From an uncultured Armatimonadetes bacterium (lineage in GTDB: Bacteria > Armatimonadota > Hebobacteria > Hebobacterales > Hebobacteraceae): a DNA stretch of 64,000 nucleotides. Below, in pieces: positions 1 through 12,385 of this stretch. Position 1 is the first letter of the stretch, and each line of letters starts with the position of its first letter. The notes under the pieces are model-generated. The model was not told the origin of the DNA, ran no database searches, and saw only the letters and a list, made by a program, of their open reading frames with translations. Where the stretch lies: the NCBI GenBank assembly GCA_963716175.1, contig OY970296.1, positions 1,248,001 to 1,312,000 on the forward strand, read 5' to 3'. The position numbers and the translations under genes are program-made.

Positions 1-52
1 GCCAGTCATGGGGCGCGACCTGCGCGGGCCCAATTGCGACTGCCGCCGCTCC

Positions 53-81
53 TTGCGGCCCGCCGTCCTGCAGGCTATAAT
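53..81 (+). promoter_or_regulatory. sigma70-type promoter of the TA operon
   Basis: TTGCGG(53-58)-17 bp-TATAAT(76-81); ATG at 91 follows with no SD. Confidence 0.65.
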
Positions 82-90
82 ACCTGCGCC

Positions 91-318
91 ATGGCCACTC
101 GCACAAAGCCGGGGAAGAAGTGCAGGGAGTACTTGGTTGACGAGGAGGGTCGGCGCACGGCGGTGGTGCTGCCCATCGAGGAGTACGAGGAGCTGATCGA
201 AGCGGCGGAGCAGCGTGACGACATCCGCCATCTGGAGAAGGGGAAGAAGGTCCGCGGGAAGCCGGTACCCTGGGAGAAGGTGAGGGACGAGCTGCGGCGC
301 GCGGGCAAGTTGCGCTGA
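91..318 (+). CDS. Type II antitoxin (RelB/Phd-like)
   Basis: 75 aa, motif YLVDEEGRRTAVVLPIEEYEELIE; stop overlaps toxin start (TGATG). Confidence 0.8.
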   Translation: MATRTKPGKKCREYLVDEEGRRTAVVLPIEEYEELIEAAEQRDDIRHLEKGKKVRGKPVPWEKVRDELRRAGKLR

Positions 319-578
319 TGCAGATCGTTGTCTCGCCTGCTGCTCGGCGAGAGCTCCGCCAACTCCCGCGGGACGTGGCCGAGCGCGTAGCGGCTGCCAT
401 CGACGGGTTGGCTCATGTTCCTCGGCCTCCAGGATGCCTCGTCTTGCGCCACTACCTCCCTCTCACCTGGCGCCTCCGAGTGGGCGACTGGCGCGTCCTG
501 TATGAGATAGACGATGACGCCGGAGTCGTCACGATTTCCGGGGTTCGCCATCGCAGCAAAGCCTACCGATCGCGCTGA
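318..578 (+). CDS. RelE/ParE family toxin
   Basis: 86 aa, PRPPG...WRLRVGDWRVLYEIDD...VRHR typical of RelE. Confidence 0.9.
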   Translation: MQIVVSPAARRELRQLPRDVAERVAAAIDGLAHVPRPPGCLVLRHYLPLTWRLRVGDWRVLYEIDDDAGVVTISGVRHRSKAYRSR

Positions 579-580
579 AA

Positions 581-1435
581 GTGCAGACTCCACTATCGCC
601 AGCACTCATCGTCGGCGCCCGCACCATCGCTAACCGCATCTACTGCGCGGACAGCCGCCACCTCGACATGATCGAAGATGAGGTGGTGGACCTGGTGATC
701 TGCTCGCCGCCGTATAACGTGGGGAAGAACTACAAGAACCACAACGACGCCCTGCCGCTGGAGGAATACCTCGCCCTGCTGCGGGATGTGTGGGCGGAGT
801 GCAAGCGGGTGCTGCGGCCGGGCGGGAGGATCTGCGTCAATGTGGCGGGGGTGGATCGGCAACCGTATCTGCCGCTGCAATCCTATATCACGCAGCAGTT
901 GATCGAGCTGGGGCTGCTGATGCGGGGCGAAATCCTGTGGGACAAGGCGGCCTCGGTCGGAGTCTCTACCGCCTGGGGCAGTTGGCAGAGCCCGAGCAAC
1001 CCGACCCTGCGCGATGTGCACGAGTACATCATCGTTTTCTGCAAGGATCAGTTCCGGCTGCCTGCCCCCCGAAGCCCGTCGTCCCGCGTAGCTCTGGCGA
1101 AGCAGGATGGCGAAGGGGGGGCACAGGCCAAGGGCGAAACTGATCTGACCAGCGAGGAGTTTACCGCCCTCACCCGCAGCATCTGGACCTTCCCCACGGA
1201 GTCGGCCAGCAAGGTGGGGCATCCCGCGCCTTTCCCGGTGGAGCTGCCGCGGCGGCTGATCAAGCTCTATTCGTGGAAGGGCGGGCTGGTGCTCGATCCG
1301 TTCTGCGGGTCCGGGTCCACCTGCATGGCCGCCAGCCAGTTGGGGAGGCTGTGGATCGGGGTGGATGTTGATCCCACCTACTGCGAGCTGGCCACAAAGC
1401 GGGTAGCGGAGGAGGGCCGGCCGGCACAGCAGTAG
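581..1435 (+). CDS. DNA methyltransferase (N4-C/N6-A, beta motif order)
   Basis: SPPY catalytic motif precedes HPAPFP and DPFCGSG SAM-binding motif. Confidence 0.9.
   Translation: MQTPLSPALIVGARTIANRIYCADSRHLDMIEDEVVDLVICSPPYNVGKNYKNHNDALPLEEYLALLRDVWAECKRVLRPGGRICVNVAGVDRQPYLPLQSYITQQLIELGLLMRGEILWDKAASVGVSTAWGSWQSPSNPTLRDVHEYIIVFCKDQFRLPAPRSPSSRVALAKQDGEGGAQAKGETDLTSEEFTALTRSIWTFPTESASKVGHPAPFPVELPRRLIKLYSWKGGLVLDPFCGSGSTCMAASQLGRLWIGVDVDPTYCELATKRVAEEGRPAQQ
1063..1123. repeat. Nested palindromic element (CCGAAGCC...GGCGAAGG type) in frame within the MTase
   Basis: outer tgccccccgaagcc...ggcgaagggggggca encloses inner tcccgcgtagctctggcgaagcagga. Confidence 0.6.
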
Positions 1436-1447
1436 GCCCATGGCTGT

Positions 1448-4634
<3,187 letters not shown>

Positions 4635-4666
4635 AGCTTCCTCCGGGCCGGTTCCTTACCAGACCC

Positions 4667-5926
4667 TTACTCACGTTCCTCCTTCACCGCCCCCATCGCC
4701 CACAGCGACGCCGCCAGCGTCAGCGCGCCCGTCCAGACGAATACCCAGCGAATGCCGACGAAGGCGGCGAGGCCGCCGCCGATGAGCGGGCCCACGGAGC
4801 CGGCGAGCGCCCGGGCGCTGGCCAGCACGCCATAAGCGCCGCCATAGCGCTCCGGGGGCATGGTGCGGGTCACCAGGGCGGCGGTGGTGGGGTTGATGCC
4901 AGCGCCGGGCGCGGTGGCGAGCACCCGGAGCACGAAGAACTGGGGATAGGTCTTCACGAAATAGTGCGGGAGCAGGAAGAGGCCACAGGCCGCGCTGGTC
5001 GCCACCAGCACCACCTTCTGCCCGATACGGTCGCCCAGGCGGCCGAAGAAAGGCGCGGCGATAGTCTGGAGCGAGCCGGTCACGAGCATGATGTAGGCGG
5101 CGTAGGCCGCCACCCGGTCCATGGGGATGCCGATATACTGCACGAAGTAGGTGATGATGGGCCACATGGAGGAGAAGCCAAAGATGATCACAAACACCAT
5201 CACCCACAGGGCCTGGAGCTGACGGTGCCCCATGAGAGGCCGGAGATCGCGGGTGAGCGCGGCGACCACGGACACGGGCTCGGTCCGCGCCGGCGGCTCG
5301 AACCTCTCATCCACCATCAGCCAGACCGCCATGGCGCCGATGAACGCGAAGAGGGCCTGCACCAGAAAGGTGTTGCGCGGGCCGATCAAGCTGGCGCACG
5401 CCTGGCCGGCGACCGGTCCCACCAGGAACCCGACAGTCATGGAGGTCTGCAGCGTGCCCATGGCCTCGCCCATCCGCTCCCGCGGCACCTTGGAGGCCAC
5501 GATCGCCTGCCCTGCCACTACCCCGGCGCCCAGGATTCCGGCAGCCACGCCGAGCAGCACCAGGGTGAGGGGGGAATGGGCGAAGGCCCAGAGGGCGCGC
5601 AGCAGTGAGGTGAAGATCACGCTCACGATCACCACCCGCTTGCGGCCGTGGCGGTCGCTGTAGAGACCCCACAGGGGCTGGGAGAAGAACATCGCCATCG
5701 AGGGCAGGGCCATCATCAGGCCCGTCCAATACTCTGCCTGGTGGAACTTCAGGCCGATGTCCTGCTGGAGGAAAACGGGGAGGAAGGTCATGGCGAACGT
5801 CCACTCCAGGAAGACGAAGAATAGGGCCAGCCACATGCTGTAGAGGGTGCCGCGCCAGGGGGCCTGCTGGAGGCCGTGTCCGGGACCTGTGGCGGAGTCT
5901 GGACTGGTGTCTTCTGAGTGGGGCAT
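4667..5926 (-). CDS. MFS transporter (DHA1-like)
   Basis: about 12 TM segments, motif A GLYSDRHGRK and GRLGDRIGQK. Confidence 0.9.
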   Translation of the reverse strand: MPHSEDTSPDSATGPGHGLQQAPWRGTLYSMWLALFFVFLEWTFAMTFLPVFLQQDIGLKFHQAEYWTGLMMALPSMAMFFSQPLWGLYSDRHGRKRVVIVSVIFTSLLRALWAFAHSPLTLVLLGVAAGILGAGVVAGQAIVASKVPRERMGEAMGTLQTSMTVGFLVGPVAGQACASLIGPRNTFLVQALFAFIGAMAVWLMVDERFEPPARTEPVSVVAALTRDLRPLMGHRQLQALWVMVFVIIFGFSSMWPIITYFVQYIGIPMDRVAAYAAYIMLVTGSLQTIAAPFFGRLGDRIGQKVVLVATSAACGLFLLPHYFVKTYPQFFVLRVLATAPGAGINPTTAALVTRTMPPERYGGAYGVLASARALAGSVGPLIGGGLAAFVGIRWVFVWTGALTLAASLWAMGAVKEERE

Positions 5927-5987
5927 TCGGGTTTCCAGGGGCTACGTTCTTCGCTGCGGGCACACGCGCCTGTTCGGGACAGCCCCA

Positions 5988-6013
5988 CCCCTGCTGGACA
6001 GCGCAGGGGCTAC
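5988..6013 (-). repeat. GTAG-REP hairpin
   Basis: revcomp gtagcccctgcgctgtccagcagggg. Confidence 0.55.
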
Positions 6014-6162
6014 GAGCAGACTCGAGCCGACGGCAGTAGGGATGGGATCTGGAGCCGGCAAATGCCGGGGTCCGCCTTCTCGCCGGAGATGGGTGCTGTG
6101 GAATATAGCCAGTAGAGGCGACATTCAGCGCGCGTAAGCCATCAGGCTGTCAGGGGGACAGC

Positions 6163-6603
6163 ATGAGAGCGATGGTGAGAAGGCAACGCAGCGGATTCAC
6201 GCTGATCGAGATGCTGATTGTCATAATCGTGATCGCGACGCTGGCGATCATCGTCATCCCAAGACTGCTGGGCACCGGGCGGAAGGCCAAGGAAGCAGCG
6301 CTGCGGGGCCAGCTCCAGCAGGTCCGCAAGGCGATTGAGCAGTTCGAGGCAGACTGCGGCGACTACCCGTCCGAGCTGCCGCAGTTGATGACTCGTCCGG
6401 CGGATGGCGCTGGCGGCGGGAACGGGATCAGCCTCGATACCTTGGCCTGGGCGGGACCGTATCTCAGGACCACCGACGGCAACCTGCCCGGGGATCCTCT
6501 CACTGGCAGCAACACGACCTGGACCTACACCCCCGCCAGCGGTGGGGTGGCCAGCGGCTCGACCCTCAGTTCGATGTCCGGGGAGCCGTATACGGACTGG
6601 TAG
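6163..6603 (+). CDS. Prepilin-type protein, GspG-like pseudopilin
   Basis: class III signal G|FTLIEMLIV; AIEQFEADCGDYP, W.GPYL and DP motifs. Confidence 0.85.
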   Translation: MRAMVRRQRSGFTLIEMLIVIIVIATLAIIVIPRLLGTGRKAKEAALRGQLQQVRKAIEQFEADCGDYPSELPQLMTRPADGAGGGNGISLDTLAWAGPYLRTTDGNLPGDPLTGSNTTWTYTPASGGVASGSTLSSMSGEPYTDW

Positions 6604-6691
6604 CAGCTAAGCACACCCGATCCCTTCTGTTGCGGCCCTGATCTTCTGTAGGACCAGGGCCGCGCCCGGTAAGTTTTTTCCTCTGACCCAC

Positions 6692-6753
6692 TTGCAGATT
6701 CCCGGATTTGTGGTATCATATCGGTGTACTAGTACGATAGCACGGCAGTACAG
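6692..6753 (+). promoter_or_regulatory. Promoter plus putative YtrA/GntR operator
   Basis: TTGCAG-16-(TGG)TATCAT; downstream TGTACT-N16-AGTACA inverted repeat, GTACTAGTAC palindrome and 8-nt periodic tagtacga/tagcacgg/cagtacag. Confidence 0.6.
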
Positions 6754-6768
6754 AGCCATGGCAAAGCG

Positions 6769-7170
6769 ATGCTAACCTCGATCAATCCCAAGTCGGCGGT
6801 GCCGATCTACCGGCAGATCATGGAGCAAATCCGGCGCGCGGTGGCGGCGGGCGTCCTCGCCCCCGGAGACCAGCTCCCCTCCGTGCGCGAGCTAGCGGCC
6901 CAGCTCCTGATCAACCCCAACACGGCGGCCAGAGTCTACCGGGACCTGGAGCGGGACGGGCTGCTGGAGACGCGCCGGGGACAGGGCACCTTCATTGCAT
7001 CGGACGCATCGGCGCTGGCGGAGTCGGAGCGGACGCGCCTGATCTCGGAGCGGCTGGAGGCGGCGGCGGTGGAGGCGCGGGCATTTGGGTTCTCGGATGA
7101 AGAGATCATCGAACTATTGCGCCAGATCCTCAGTCCCTCAACCGGGAGTGAAAGGACCAGCCATGACTGA
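6769..7170 (+). CDS. GntR family regulator, YtrA subfamily
   Basis: PIYRQI..GDQLPSVRELA..INPNTAARVYRDLE..RGQGTF, short C-terminus, upstream of ABC genes. Confidence 0.9.
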   Translation: MLTSINPKSAVPIYRQIMEQIRRAVAAGVLAPGDQLPSVRELAAQLLINPNTAARVYRDLERDGLLETRRGQGTFIASDASALAESERTRLISERLEAAAVEARAFGFSDEEIIELLRQILSPSTGSERTSHD

Positions 7171-8095
7171 GAGCGGTTATGCCATAGCCACTCAATCTCT
7201 GAGCAAGCGCTTCGGCCGCAAGGTGGCCTTGAACCAGGTTTCAGCCAAGGTGCCGACGGGTTCCATCTATGGCCTGATGGGGCCCAACGGCGCGGGCAAG
7301 ACCACGTTCGTGCGCTGCCTCCTGAATCTGATCAACCCCACAACCGGCTCCGCGATCGTGCTGGGGCATGACGTGGTGCGCGATTCGGTGGCGGTGCGGC
7401 GGCGGGTGGGCCATGTGGCGGCCTTGCAGCCGCTGTGGGAGTGGATGACGGTGCGCGAGTTCGCCGGCTTCATGGCCGGCTGCTATCCGCGGTGGAACCC
7501 CGAACTGGTCGCGGGAGTCCTGTCACGGGTCGCGATCGGCATGGATGACAGAATCCAGACCCTGTCGCGGGGCCAGCGCACGCTCGCCTCGCTGGCGGTG
7601 GCGATCGGCCACGAGCCCGACCTGCTGCTGCTCGACGAGGCCCTCACCGGGCTCGATCCCATCTCCCGGCGGGAGGTGCTGCGGGGGGTGATTGACGTGA
7701 TGCACGCCGAGGGCCGCACGGTGCTGATCACGGGCCAGGATATCGCGGATATGGAGCGGATCTGCGACTACGTGGGGTTCCTGATCAAGGGCAAGCTGTT
7801 CTGGGAGTCCACGCTGGAGGAGCTGAAGGCGCGGGTGAAGCGGGTCCGCGTCGAGCACGTGGACGGATCGCCCCCGCAGGTCCCGGCCGGAGCGCTGCGG
7901 GTGGAGCGCGCGGCGCGGGAGACCCAGTTCACCGTGTCGGACTTCTCACCGGCGCTGCTGGACTCGCTGGACGCCCCGGGCCGGCGGCTGGAGGTGGTTG
8001 ACCTCAGCCTGGAGGACATCTTCGTAGACCTGGCCCAGCCGCAGCTTCAGGCCGGGGCGGAGGCGGTTGCTCTCACTTCACAGGTGCGGGCATGA
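7163..8095 (+). CDS. ABC-2 type ATP-binding protein
   Basis: Walker A GPNGAGKT, signature LSRGQ, Walker B LLLDE. Confidence 0.9.
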   Translation: MTESGYAIATQSLSKRFGRKVALNQVSAKVPTGSIYGLMGPNGAGKTTFVRCLLNLINPTTGSAIVLGHDVVRDSVAVRRRVGHVAALQPLWEWMTVREFAGFMAGCYPRWNPELVAGVLSRVAIGMDDRIQTLSRGQRTLASLAVAIGHEPDLLLLDEALTGLDPISRREVLRGVIDVMHAEGRTVLITGQDIADMERICDYVGFLIKGKLFWESTLEELKARVKRVRVEHVDGSPPQVPAGALRVERAARETQFTVSDFSPALLDSLDAPGRRLEVVDLSLEDIFVDLAQPQLQAGAEAVALTSQVRA

Positions 8096-10082
8096 AGGTC
8101 CTGTTCGTCAAGGAATACCGCCAGAGCTACCTGCTGGCCTGGTTGGGCCTGCTGCTCTCGGCCATGATCGCGGTGCTCTACTGGGCCTGGACGCGCAGCT
8201 ACGTCAAGACCGCCCGCGACCAGGAGGATCTGAACCTGTTCTGCTGCGAGGTGGTGCTGATCGCAGTGGGGGTGATGACCGTGGTGGCGACGGCTGGCCT
8301 GCTCTCCTCGGAGAAGGCGCGAGGCACGCTGCCTTATCTGCTCGCGCTGCCCGTCAGCCGGACCCGCATCTGGCTGGCGAAGGCGCTGGCCGGCCTGGCG
8401 CTGGTGGCCTCGGGGGCGATGCTGCTGATCGTGCCTCTCGGTCTGGTGCTGCCGCAGATCCTGCGCGCCATCAACCCCTGGCTCTATCTGCCGGACATCA
8501 TGATTGGCGTGTTGCTCCTTTTCTGGGTCACGCTCTTCTGCACCACCCTGCTCCAGCGCACCATCAGCGTGCTGCTGATGTCGGTGGTGGTGGCTGCGGC
8601 CTGCTATCTGGGGGCTATCCTGCTCGTGGAGCTGCTGGGCGGCGTGCTGGGATATGACCAGCTATTCGACATCTCTCTGGTGGCGCTGATGATGATCCCA
8701 GCTTTCCTGTTCGCGTCCTGGGTGGCATTCGTCCGAGGCGAGCTGTTCCAGTCGAAGCGAAGCTGGGCGATCGGCCTCGGGACTCTGGGAGCTGGGCTAG
8801 CGATCATCTGCCTGGGGCTCTGGGGCGGCACCAGTTGGGCCTACCGATACCAGCGCGCCGGGGTGAAGGCGATCGAGTCGGCGTCTCTGGCGCCAGGGGG
8901 CGCAGTGGCGCTGGTCAGCGTCGCGGGCTCGCCGGCTCCCTGGAGGCGTGACTCCAGGCAGGGCTGGGTCAGGTCTCGGGAGGACCGCTATCGCGCGCAT
9001 CACGACGTACTCGTGGACCTGAAGACCGGCCGGGAGGCGCTGGTGCTGCCAGGTGGGCAGGAGGAGGCGGTGTCACCGGATGGGCGGTTGCTGGCGTGCG
9101 TCCGGGGGGTCCCCAGTACGCTGCGGGTCTGGGACCTGGCGAAGCACCGACTGCTGCGGAGAGGGCTTCCTGAGAAGGTGGGGAGGCTATGGGTGAGCTC
9201 CCGCGAGGCCTCCTTCCAGTGGTCGCCAAGGGGCAAGTGGCTGTCAGTGGACGCGTGGAGCGGCTTGAGGAGCGAGCTGCTGCTGGTGCGGCCCGAGGGG
9301 CCGGAGGTGGTGGAGATCGTGCTCTGGGGACCGGCGCGCCGCGAATGTCCTCGAAGGAGGCCCTTGCGACTGAACGCCGCCGCATCGTGTCCTGGGCCTG
9401 GTCGCCCGATGAGAGTGCTCTCTGTACTCTCCAATGGGATGGGCGGCTGGCGCGCCGCCGGCTTCCTGGAGGCGAAGAGGAGGCGCTGTGGCAGCCGCCG
9501 GTTCCCGGGGTTCACTTGCCGCCAGGCTACGAATGGCGATTCGGCGGTCTCTCGGCTTCACCGACCGGCCGCTGGCTGGCGGTTCATGGGTGGGGCTACA
9601 CGGCATCCGAGCAGCGGGTGGAGCCTACGCCCTCCGCCAACCTGGTGATCTCTTCCGATGGCGGTCAGGCAACTGTGATCGGCGGCAGCTATGGCGGCCG
9701 ACCGATATGGTCGAGCGATGGGCGCTACCTGTACCTGGTGGGGGCCTACAGCGGCCATCTTGCGATCTGGCGCTGGCAGGAGGGGGAGGCGCAGGCGAGG
9801 CCGCTGCCAGTGCCGGCAGACCTGAGCGTGCAGTGGCTGGAGGCGCTGCCGCGCGGCTCGGGGCTGCTGGTGTGGGGGCAGCATCAGCTCTACACCATGG
9901 GCCCCGAGGGCCGGCTGCATCCGGTCCCGAACCGCGATGTGCGGTCGTTCCTGGCGGGGGGCGCTCACTTCGTCGGGTTGGATTCCGAAGGCCGGATGAT
10001 CGTGCTGAAGTACTATGATGCATTCGGCCGGCTGGAGGCGGTTGATCTCACCACCTGGACCATGAAGGACATCTACCCCTGA
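8092..10082 (+). CDS. ABC-2 permease fused to a TolB/WD40-like beta-propeller (frameshift at about 9320-9340)
   Basis: LFVKEYRQ..EKARGTLPYLLALPVSRTRIWLAK; SPDG/WSP repeats continue in ORF 9189-10082, which ends IYP like its paralog. Confidence 0.75.
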
Positions 10083-10092
10083 GGACCATGCG

Positions 10093-12339
10093 ATGAGAGC
10101 GCTGTTCCTGAAAGAGTTCCGGCAGGGCCGACCCCTGCTGATCTTCAGCCTGGTGATGGCCCTGCTCTGCGCGGCCGCCTACGCCATCTTGGGCCGGGTC
10201 GTGCTCCCCAGCTACGCCTATTTCCCGGACGAGGGGCCCAGTCCGCTCGATGCTGTCGTGGCCCTGGCGATGCTCTTCACGCCGCCGTTCCTGGCGCTGC
10301 TGGCCGGCATCGGGCTGTTCGCGGGCGAGGCGGATCACAGCACCCTGCCGGTGTTGTTCGCCTTGCCCCTCTCCCGCCGCCGCATCTGGCTGGGCAAACT
10401 GCTGGCCGGCCTGGCCCTCACCGGGGTGGGCACGGTGATCTTGCTGGGCGTTGGCCGACTGCTGCTGCCGGCCGCCTATCACAGCCTTCCCGTGACGGCT
10501 TACCTGCCCGATCTTTGCCTGATGCTCTTGTTCGTGTTCGCGGTGGCCGCGTTCGTGTCTGCGCTGACCTCCAATGTGATCGCGGCCCTGGTGGGCGCGC
10601 TGCTGGTGGGCGGGCTGCTGGCCTTGGGCCTGGGCCTGATGTACTTCGAACTCGGGGCCTTGCTGCTGGGATACAACCCCATCCTGGATGTCGGGCTCTG
10701 GGGCTTTCTGGTCACCCCGGCCCTGCTCCTCGCCTCTGCCCTGGCCGTCAGCCGCGGGGAGCTGCTTCAGTCCTGGCGGAAGCATGCCTTCGCGGTTCCC
10801 GCGCTGGTGCTGGGGCTGGTGGTGACGGCGCTGCTGGTGTGCGGCTATACGCGCTGGGCGACGCGCTACTCGCGCGCCGACGTCAGGTCCATCTCGCCGC
10901 TTTCAGCGCTGGCGAACGCACCGGCGGTAGCCCTCATCACAGGGGGTGAGCCTGTTCCGTACGAGCGGTACCAGGCGAAAGCTGCGACGGGGCCGGTTGA
11001 CCTGCTTGGTAACTGGAGCCGGCGCCCGCTCGACTGGGAACCGGGGCAGATGGGCGACCTGTTCGCAGGGCCCCTCTATCGCAGCAGCTACGCAGTGGTG
11101 CTCGACCTTGATACTGGCCGCGAGCTGCTCTCTCTGCGTTGGCCGTATGGCGCTCAAGGAGGGGGAGCGGCGGTGTCGCCAGACGGCCGGCTCGCCGCGG
11201 CCGCGCTCGGGCGCCAAGGCTTGACCTGGGGTACGCAATCCTGGCGGCCCTACGCTCAGGAACTCCGGGTCTTCGATCTGCAAGCTCGCCGGCCTCTCTA
11301 CCGGGGGGTGCCGGGCCCCCTGCGCAAGCGGGTGAACCTGAGCATTACTGAGCTGGAGTGGTCCCACCACGGGGATTACCTCGCCTTCGCTACCGCCTAT
11401 GACTGGAGCTTGCGCGGGACGCAGCAGTCTGCGTCATCTCTCTATGTGATGAGGCGGGATGGCTCAGGTCTGCGGGAGCTGGCGATCAGGCCGGCCACTG
11501 GGGACTGGGCCTGGTCTCCCACGGAAGAGGTCATCTATGCCCTGGATCGGGGCCGACTCTACCGGCTGGAGCCCGATGGGCGCGGCCCCCGGCCGATCTG
11601 GACCGCGAACGCCACCAGCCCGGCCGGCAGGCGCAGGATTGCGGGGCTCTCCCCGGATGGCCGCTGGATCGTGCTCACAGAGTTGGGGGAAGAGGTGAGG
11701 ACGGTAGTGGAAGACGAGGAGGGACGGGGAGTTCCGCCAGCTGACTACCACCAGATCAAAGCGGCCGCAGTGCTCGCGATCAGGAGCGATGGCAGCGAGA
11801 GGCACGTGCTCTGGTCATACTCGGCGCCGGCCGGAGAGGAGAGCGAGGTCAAGACGCGGCCGGGGGAGGCGACGCTGATGCGGGTGGCCTGGTCATCTGA
11901 CAGCCGCACCCTGTTCGCGCTGGTTGGTTTCGAGCCGGCGCGGGTGCCCCGCAAAGGAAGGCCGGCAAAGAGCGTGGGGCCGGCCCCTCATGCCCGGCTG
12001 CTGCGCTGGCATCCCGGCGAGCCGGGACTGGTCCCGATCGGGCCCGATCTACCCTACTGGGCGGCTACTCTGGTCACTCTGCCGAAGAGCGATGAGGCGA
12101 TGATCTGGCCCTACCCGGGATGGCATCAGCGGGCGCGGGAGGGCATCCTGTTGGTGAACAGCAGCGGCCAGACGCGGCCCTTCCCCGACGCTGCGCGCGC
12201 GGTCGAGTTCGCGGATGAGAACCAGTTCGTCTGCTTCGATGATGCGGGGCGGATGATCACGATTGCGGGGAAGCCTGGGCAGGAGAGCCTGCGCGCCACC
12301 GATCTTGCCACCGGGAAGGGCCGGCGGCTCTACCCATAG
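10093..12339 (+). CDS. ABC-2 permease fused to a TolB-like beta-propeller
   Basis: LFLKEFRQ..LPLSRRRIWLGK, about 7 TM segments, then SPDG/WS repeats; paralog of the upstream gene. Confidence 0.8.
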   Translation: MRALFLKEFRQGRPLLIFSLVMALLCAAAYAILGRVVLPSYAYFPDEGPSPLDAVVALAMLFTPPFLALLAGIGLFAGEADHSTLPVLFALPLSRRRIWLGKLLAGLALTGVGTVILLGVGRLLLPAAYHSLPVTAYLPDLCLMLLFVFAVAAFVSALTSNVIAALVGALLVGGLLALGLGLMYFELGALLLGYNPILDVGLWGFLVTPALLLASALAVSRGELLQSWRKHAFAVPALVLGLVVTALLVCGYTRWATRYSRADVRSISPLSALANAPAVALITGGEPVPYERYQAKAATGPVDLLGNWSRRPLDWEPGQMGDLFAGPLYRSSYAVVLDLDTGRELLSLRWPYGAQGGGAAVSPDGRLAAAALGRQGLTWGTQSWRPYAQELRVFDLQARRPLYRGVPGPLRKRVNLSITELEWSHHGDYLAFATAYDWSLRGTQQSASSLYVMRRDGSGLRELAIRPATGDWAWSPTEEVIYALDRGRLYRLEPDGRGPRPIWTANATSPAGRRRIAGLSPDGRWIVLTELGEEVRTVVEDEEGRGVPPADYHQIKAAAVLAIRSDGSERHVLWSYSAPAGEESEVKTRPGEATLMRVAWSSDSRTLFALVGFEPARVPRKGRPAKSVGPAPHARLLRWHPGEPGLVPIGPDLPYWAATLVTLPKSDEAMIWPYPGWHQRAREGILLVNSSGQTRPFPDAARAVEFADENQFVCFDDAGRMITIAGKPGQESLRATDLATGKGRRLYP

Positions 12340-12385
12340 CCGGGCGCAATGCTTGCCCGCCGGCCGTGTGGCGGGAACTGCGCCC

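Noticed and set aside
6163-6603. Complete type II secretion locus
   Set aside because: Only a solitary pseudopilin; no ATPase or platform genes nearby, and the secretin is about 36 kb away.
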